64,000 nt of DNA. It comes from the human T2T-CHM13v2.0 reference genome, Homo sapiens. The notes below the pieces were generated by a model. It made no database searches, was not told the DNA's origin, and worked only from the letters and a program-made list of their open reading frames with translations. The stretch lies in NCBI RefSeq assembly GCF_009914755.1, contig NC_060927.1; one strand, given 5' to 3'. Shown here in pieces: positions 55,700 through 64,000 of this stretch (position 1 is the stretch's first letter; every line of letters begins with the position of its first letter). The position numbers and the translations under genes were made by a program.

Positions 55700-56442
55700 T
55701 GTATCCAGAATTGGTTCCTTCCGGTGGGTTCTTGGTCTCACTGACCTCAAGAGTGAAGCTGTGGACCCTCGCGGTGAGTGATACAGGTCTTAAAGATGGT
55801 GTGTCCGGAGTTTGTTCCTTCAGATGTTCAGATGTGTCCAGAGTTTCTCCGTTCTGGTGGGTTCATGGTCTTGCTGACATCAGGAGTGAAGCCACAGACC
55901 TTCACAGTGAGTGTTACAGCTCTTAAAGGTGGTCCAGCCGGAGTTGTTCATTGCTCCCAGTGGGTTCATGGTCTTGCTGACTTCACGAGTGACACCGCAG
56001 ACCTTCACATTGAATGTTACAGCTCATAAAGGTAGTGCAGACCCAAAGAGAAACCAGCAGCAAGATTTACTGTGAAGAGCGAAAGAACACAGCTTCCACA
56101 GCGCAGAATGGGACCCCAGTGGGTTGCCACTGCTGGCTCTGGTGGCCAGCTTTTATTCCCTTATTTGGCCCCACCCACATCCTGCTGATTGGTCCATTTT
56201 ACAGAGTGCTGATTGGTCCATTTTGACAGAGTGCTGATTGGTGCATTTACAAACCTTTAGCTAGACACAGAGCGCTGATTGGTGCATTTACAATCCTTTA
56301 GGTAGACAGAAATGTTCTCCAAGTCCCCTACCCAATTAGCTAGACACAGAGCCCTGATTGGTACATTTACAAACCTTTAGCTAGACAGAAAAGTTCTCCA
56401 AGTCCCCACCCCACCCAGAAGCCCAGCTGGCTTCATGTCTCA
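55700..56442 (-). mobile_element. LTR12 (ERV9) solo LTR, 743 bp
   Basis: TG...CA termini, exact 4-bp TSD GTAG (55696-55699, 56443-56446), tandem 'gctgattgg' U3 repeats and LTR12-type U5 repeats. Confidence 0.93.
56151..56361 (-). promoter_or_regulatory. LTR12 U3 promoter motifs: five CCAAT boxes, CACCC box, AATAAAA TATA-equivalent
   Basis: ATTGG on + at 56188, 56212, 56237, 56278, 56357; ccccaccc at 56169; ttttatt at 56151-56157. Activity not shown. Confidence 0.65.
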
Positions 56443-57360
56443 GTAGTGTCATTGAGAATAAAAGAAAGGAATTGCAGGCAAAGGCATATTTATGTTAATT
56501 TAAAATAGTAAAATAGTGTGCATGTGGATCGTTTCTAGTCTCAGGACAGAAGCTGAAGTTTGTGCCCATGGACTATGCATCAAAATCTGTGCTCCTGAAG
56601 AAAGGCACCAAAATACTAGAGAAGAATGTTCTGCAAAGGCATTGCTGGTCTTTCTATGTCTACCTTGATATTTATAAGTCTCCTGAGGAGATTCTACTTT
56701 CTCTGTGGAATGATATTACATAATCATTTAGGAGTTTGACTTCAAGGCCCGCACAATCTATCTATTGCATTATACATGACACAAGATCCGGGCACAGAAC
56801 AATGTGTTAAGATGATGACTCTACCACTGTGCTCACATTTGCCTCCAGGGAAAAGAAGGGCACTCTTGTCTCCAAAATATGTAACTCCTTTTCATCTCAG
56901 CCGTTGTGGCTGCACTTTATTTCCTTGTCATGTTAAGCTGAAGAAATAAGAGCAAAGCAAAGGGAATGAGCAAAGATATCACAGCTTTGCTTGTAGTGGT
57001 TCGTCTCAGGAGGTGAGAGAAATGGTGAAAATTATTGGGGAAAAAGCAAGACTGACAAGGTAGTGAGAGACACGTGAGTGTCTCCCACAGAGGCCAAACA
57101 GGAACACACCCAAGGCTAGGGGAAGTTGGGAAATAAGAAAAATAAAAACAGAAGATAAAACATGAGGGATAGCAACCTTAAAAGACACACATACACACAG
57201 ATGGCTATTGGGTGGTTCCCAGCCATCCTAGTGAAAAAGTGTATCAAATAATTAAGTTGGCAGATGGAGTAGAAGAACAACCCAGAGCCAGCTTGGGCAG
57301 GGCCTCTGACTGTTTCTAAGATAAAGCATCCTGGAACCTTGGGAGAAAAGACACGGCACC

Positions 57361-57425
57361 TTTTTTTGTTTGTTTGTTTTTTGTTTGTTTTGTTGTTTTG
57401 TTTTGTTTTGTTGTTTTGTTTTGTT
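57361..57425. repeat. (GTTT/GTTTT)n simple repeat
   Basis: Directly visible. Confidence 0.9.
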
Positions 57426-59392
57426 AAGGAGGCCTTAGATTATTCAACTCTTTTTTCCCGTTCTCTCTCTTGTAATGTGCTCTACTACTTGGGAAATAAG
57501 AATTTTACTGTGAACAGAGGTAAAATTTTTATTACAATTTTAGAGAATGACATGGCTGAGATCTATGGAATGTTTAGAGCACGAAATGAACTTTAAACAC
57601 TTGGATTGTTTATTCTATCTTTTCTGTTCCTATTTACTTACTTATATACATGTATCCCCTTAGCTGTCATACTTTTCACTGCCTGGCAAACTCCTATTCA
57701 TTTTTCTACACTTAACAATTAATTTAATTCTCATGTAAACCTTCACTTTCCCTCTCAAGTTAAGCTACACCTGACTTTGTCATTCCATGTTATTCCATTC
57801 CATGTATATGCCTTCATTCGCAGTGATTACAAGGTGTTTAATATTTTAAGGTTTATCTTTCCCTCTAAGTAGACCTGAGGGCCAGGGCTATCTGATTCAT
57901 CTTTGTTTTCCCCATGCAAATAATGCAATCCTTGGTACATGAGGAGGGAATAATATATTTAGGGGCAGACGATAGGTACTAATAAAATAAACAAATGAGC
58001 AAATGAGTTGGCTGACCTCTTCCCTTCTCTTCCTGAGACTATGGGTGTAATTAGTGCTTTCTAGGGCACTGTGAGGACCTGCCACTCCCGTGCCCTATCC
58101 TTGTGACTGGCCTCGTGGGAATTTGCCTGGCTTTTGCTGGATAGGTCACCCTCCTTTTGGCTGGAGAATGATCCGGCCTGGGTGTTGGAAGTCAGATACA
58201 CCACTGAGTCACAGTACCTCAAGGCACTGTGGTTCCACTCCATGTGTGAAAGGTCTCTCTGCAGCATTCTTGCAAGATGAGTTTTCTAATTAGCTTTCCC
58301 TTATAAGGTGCCAGAGGGGATGGTTGGTCAGCATTAGAGCCTACAGATGGGAAAACAATGGCCAAGAGACTTTGCCTAAGGCTACTGGGTGGGCCGAAGC
58401 CTTCCAGTTAACATCTGGTGAGAATTTAATGACTCAGTGCTCTATTCTCCACCCAAGGTTCTCTCACCTGCCAGTTCCTTTCATTCTGCTGGGCCTTGAC
58501 CTCAAGAGCACGAAATTGAGTGTGATGTGATTCTACGACTGTGCTACTGGCTACATTTCGCATTGGTGACAGGAAAGCACGGGCTGAGGTGACTTTGTCT
58601 TTAAATGGCTAGAAGAGGGCAGACTGCATCTCTGAGTATCCTTGAACCTAACACCTTTGTTTAGGGTTGCTCTCCAGAAAAAGCTTGAGAGAAAGCCTAA
58701 CAGTTTGCAGAGTGGTCAAGAGATTGAATAATAACTGAGTAGCAATAATACTCAGATGGATTATGTCTTTTGACTATTTAAAGGACTTTTGTATACCACT
58801 GTATGCAGCCTTATGAAATAAATTGTGTATACACACACACAGACACACACACACACATACATATATCTAGGATAAAATTAATAAATGGTTCAGTGTTAAA
58901 GATTGGAAAATATGGGAAGAAAAACAAAAAAATTGACATTTAATGCCATCATCTAGATATAACTAGTATTAATATTTTTGTGTTTCTCTTTTCTATTTTT
59001 ATTAAATAACATAGTTCCTAATATAGTAAAAAAGTGACAATTAAAATGTTTATTTATGGAGGAGGATCTGAGATAGCAAGACGGCTGGAAGAGTAGTTCA
59101 GGAATGGAGAGAGAATCAGGAGTTCTGATGACTTCATGTGTGATCTTGAGTAGATCTTAAAATTTCTCTTAGTCCTTAATTTTTGCCCCTACAGAAGGGC
59201 AGGAAATTTGAAGGCAATGTCAATACAAGCTCAATGCCCTAAGTTGAAGGTTAAACCTTAAATACCAAGAATTAATGTGATAAGAAGTTAGTCTACATGC
59301 AGTAGACAAAGACACCAAAATACACCCTTTAACTTCAGAGCTACTGCCAGGATTTCTATGTATCAAGGGACTGTCTTACAAATTAATATATA

Positions 59393-59683
<291 letters not shown>

Positions 59684-59894
59684 GCAGGAATTAATTATTT
59701 ACCTGATCCCCATCCTTTTTTTTATGCCCATATTTTCAGGTTGCCAAGGTCTAAGAAAGGAAAGGGATGAGGTAGCTTAAATGACTGTAAGATGAGCAGC
59801 TCTTCTATCATTTAAATCCACAAAACTAGGCAACAAGGGAATCATCACATCAACCATCCTACACTAGTAGTTAGCTGTAGTATAAAAGGTAGTT

Positions 59895-60209
<315 letters not shown>

Positions 60210-62344
60210 TCAAATTATCTCCCATTTAATGATTTGAACACACCTGTTCTGTGGGCCTCATACCCTCTCCTCTGATGCCCAGACATCACAACAAGAGAAC
60301 TCTACCTAAAACAGGCAAAGATTGGAGGAGATGAAAAAATGTCCACCCTGAGTCAAAGGAATGGCTCCACCTTTAGGGCATACCTCTCCAGACTGGGAAA
60401 GCTAGTTGGAGAAGAACAAGAATAAAGGATATCTGGGTTTTCATTTTTGCCTTGCTGGCCTGTGGTTTCTTGAGATTTTCTTACCATAAATTGCCCGCTA
60501 TTTAGGAGAGAATTTTGTTTCTGTGGGTTCAAAGAGACCAGGTAGGCTGTGGAAGAAAAAGGCAAGGGCTAGTGGCATTCACTTACTCCTGGGCTCTGAG
60601 CTCTGGGCTCTCTCTGGGAGAGAGAGGACCCTTCTATATACTTCTTAGTGTGTAACCCAGTCTAAGGTAGAAACGAAGAAGCTCTCAGGGCAAATGTTCT
60701 ATCCAGGACATTGGCTGGAGCATTCCTTGTCTTGTATCATATTGTGGATTGGCAGCAAAAGGCAGAGAACAACTTAGGTATATAATTTGCAGAAATATCC
60801 AAACATTGTTGTCTGAACAAAACTCTGTTGAGTAAATGGTGATGGTGATGATGGGATGATCATAATTACTATTATTGATGTGTTCTGTATGCCGCTTTAC
60901 ATGCACTATTCTTTCTACAACCCAGTAAAAATAGGTATTATTTCTTCCATTGCACAGAGGAGGAAGATGATGTTCAGAACACAAACAACTCACCCAAAAT
61001 CCCACAGCTAGTTATTAACCAGGACAGTATTGAGGTTTCCATAGCCTGTGAAATGTCTTTCACTATTTGCTGTTCCTAGTTTTGTGTTAGAGTCTTGGGT
61101 TTGGTCTATTACAGAGAATGCAGAATGCAAATTCTGGAGACTCCCCCACCTAACATGTCTGGGCTACTGATCCGAGAAACCCTCACAGGTAGATCTAACT
61201 TAACTGGGTACAGCTAGATGGCATTTTGTAGCAAAGGCTGTGAGCCTAAAGGCTGGGGATGGGGAGCGATTCAGCCTTCATGAATTGCAAATAATTTTTC
61301 AAGGTATCTTCTTAGGGAAGAAAGAGAGTTGGGGTCTCAGGATGGTGGGGAGAAGGAGCTGTGGTGGGGCCCAGTGTAGAAAGAGGAGGCCTATAGCTAT
61401 TTTCTCCCTCTGTTAGGGCAGATCTCAGCTCACTTATTTTCCTTCAGCCTCAAACAAGTTGTTTTGTTTTTTTTTAATTTAGGAAAGAGAAAGATTATCT
61501 TTAAACAAAAGTGGCACCAATATCCTGCCATCCTGATTAAAAGCAGGATGAAGATAAAATGATTTCTCTATCCCTCATGGCCTACAAAGCCAACGCCTCC
61601 CAGGGAAATGGCCTTCTCCCAGCGGCAGCCCAGCTCTTCACCTTTGAAGCTGCCTCTAAACCTGTTTGCTTTTGGAGCTCCAATAAGATTTGTGCTTGCT
61701 GCCACAGGCTGGCCCAGATAGGCTGCTCGTGCTGAGACTATGGCTGTCTTCCCGGGTGAACAACAATGACAGTTAATTACATCAACCCAATTAGCAGCAG
61801 CATCCACTTTGTGCAAGCAAGGCCCACCTGTGGTCTTACCTATGTCTAGCAAAGGGCCCCCGGGCCTTAGTGGGGAAGCTGGTGAATTGGGAGGCTAGAT
61901 GTTTAGCAGTGACCTCCTTTCAGAGCCCTCTTTTCTTGGAGATAAGTGAGGGAACTGGAAAAAGACCAATGCCTTACACCATAGTCAGCTAAACAGGCTG
62001 CAGATCATAATGGTTTTCAGATTATTCTGCTAGGTAGGAACAGAGTCTTCCCTCAGCACTTAGTGGATGATCAGAGGTGGAACTTTATCAGATTTTGCCT
62101 TTGGTAATGAGGCCGTGTTTGCCTTGCCTCTAATAGAACACTAAGAACAAAGGCCTCTCTATGGAAGGTGGGAGGTAGACAAGAGAATGTGACAGCTGTT
62201 TTCCTTGGCTCCACACTCATGTTTTCCAGCCTTTACAGGGAATCAGAAGTGCTGGGTTCAAAGGCTAAATCTAATCACCTATTAGCTGCTTACCTTGGGC
62301 AAGTTACTTAAACTTTCTGAGCCTTGCTTTTTTATTTGTTAAAA

Positions 62345-62565
62345 ATGTGTCTAGACAAACTGTAGGGGTGGAGAGCAAACCAGTGATTGCCCAGGAATGA
62401 GTCAGGAGGGAATGACACAAAGGGCAGCGGGGTGGGTGGGAGGAGGAAAGTTCTGTGTCATGATTACAGTGGTGGTCTCACAGCTCCACGCATTTGTGAC
62501 CCATAGAAGTGAACCTGAAAATAATGAATTGTACTGTATACACATTTTAAAAGCAAATAAATTCT
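62345..62565 (+). mobile_element. L1ME-like 3' end fragment
   Basis: 'cagtgattgccca...gaaagttctgtgtcatgattacagtggtggt...catttgt...gaattgtactgtat' resembles old L1 3'UTR ends. Confidence 0.55.
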
Positions 62566-62810
62566 AAAGAGTGATTAAAATAAGGGTGAGGATAATAATA
62601 AAAGATTTGAAAACATCTAGGACAATAAATGGCTCACATGTGTGCTAAATACATATCAATTGCTTTCTTTTCTGAGTCTGTTTCTTCATTCATAAAATGA
62701 AAATTAAAATATTACTTCTTATAATCATAAAACATGTTATCTTTGTCATAAGTATGGTATGATTATAGGATTTTGAATGTAAACACTTTATCGGTAGTCA
62801 AGATATAGCA

Positions 62811-63100
62811 ATTCATTCATTCATTCATTCATTCATTCATGTTTTTTGAATGCTCTTGTTGGGTTAGGCCCCGTGGTGGGCGCTGCTGTTAAAATTTTAA
62901 CAGAACCAATCCCTCCCATCCCAATGTAGCTCATAGTCCAGGAAAGAGAGAGTGATGAAAACATGATTGTAATAAATGCTGCATGTGTGAAGTTCCAACA
63001 GCTATAGTTGTATATCTAAGAGGCACCTAATGCAGACTCGGAGGAACAGAGAAAACTGCTTGAAAAAAAAATATTATCTAAAAAGAGACATGGAAGGCGA
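62811..63100 (-). mobile_element. L2 3' end with (TTCA)n tail repeat
   Basis: (ATTC)n at 62811-62840 followed by L2-like sequence. Confidence 0.6.
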
Positions 63101-64000
63101 GTAGAAGATAGGCACCAAAGGAAGCACGGAAAGAGGGAGGGTTTGCAGGCAGACAAGACTATATAGAGAAAGATCTAGAAGGGAGGAAGAACAAGGCTCA
63201 TTCTGGAACAAAGCATCTTTCAGTCTGGTTGGGGCCGGGGATGATGGTTCATCCTGAAAATTCAAGCCTTAGACGGGGTGTTGGAAGAAGTGACCACTAG
63301 AGAGATTTCCACTCCCATAGGCACATAATTTCATAATGACTCTTGGCTCCCTCCTTGTATTCATTTCTAGGCAAGTGGGGTCTCAGCCCTTTGCTTTTCC
63401 TCGGGTATTTGGATTGGAACTTCGGGGAAAGTCTCTCTATTGAGCAGTGTGATCTTCTAGGTTCCCTGTGTCTGCTTTTGCATAATCACTCAGGTTCCAG
63501 CCTGCAGTCTTCACCGCCAGATAGAAGGTGACAGGAGTCATGGAAAGGATTCACATCCTCTAAGGCTGCTAGATGATGTCAACCCAATTACCAGAGACAG
63601 CACTATCTGAACGGCAATGCCCCTCAGGTGTCTGCACCTGTGTGGATCTGGGTGGAATTCTTTAATGTGACATTTGACTGGCAGAAGATCTGCTCCTCCC
63701 TGCCTCTTTTGTCCCCTTCTGAAAAGGAAGCAGCATCAGCAGTAGGGCAAAATTCAGACAATTCATAAATAGCCACTTTCCCCAGCCCCAGCCCCTGAAC
63801 CACAGCAACCTCTGCCTCTAGCCTCCTCAGTTCCTCCTTTAAAACCTTGAGACCTCCTCACAATCCAGGTTGTGGCCCTGGCCCCTGCCCTATGCTTTAT
63901 TTGTTCTGGTTGTTGAGAATGTACTGCTTGTTATATATTATAAATGTCACCTCTTTGGAGGACAGAGGACAACTGACTGGATGACTGCCCCGGGAAAATC

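Noticed and set aside
56180-56410. Spaced direct repeats superficially like a CRISPR array
   Set aside because: They are LTR12 U3 tandem repeats with similar, not unique, spacers in eukaryotic DNA; no cas genes
62868-62886. CTCF-like GGGCGCTG motif
   Set aside because: Misses several core positions and lies in an L2 3' end

Overview
Primate (almost certainly human) genomic DNA containing the 3' part of TP63 on the + strand, followed by about 46 kb of repeat-rich downstream sequence. TP63 parts present: the gamma-specific terminal exon (499-613 coding, poly(A) signal 1908), exons 11, 12 and 13, and the terminal exon 14 (alpha stop 14939, 3'UTR to about 17716). The translated exons match the p63 C-terminus as I know it (PPPY motif, SAM domain, TI domain, IKEE SUMO site). 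Downstream I see no supportable protein-coding gene, only Alu, L1, L2, MIR, MER DNA transposons, an MLT2 LTR and an LTR12 solo LTR. I found no new gene system, CRISPR array or RNA gene. The best leads are regulatory and are hypotheses. (1) Competing inverted Alus could loop out exons 12-13. (2) An in-frame stop at the exon 12 donor plus an intronic AATAAA could give a beta-like isoform. (3) Exon 14 is read in three frames, with a long open beta frame. (4) An antisense-facing LTR12 promoter has a weakened poly(A) signal. (5) Motif-dense candidate enhancers lie near 29.2 kb and 48-49.5 kb. Repeat subfamilies and old-repeat boundaries were judged by eye and are approximate.
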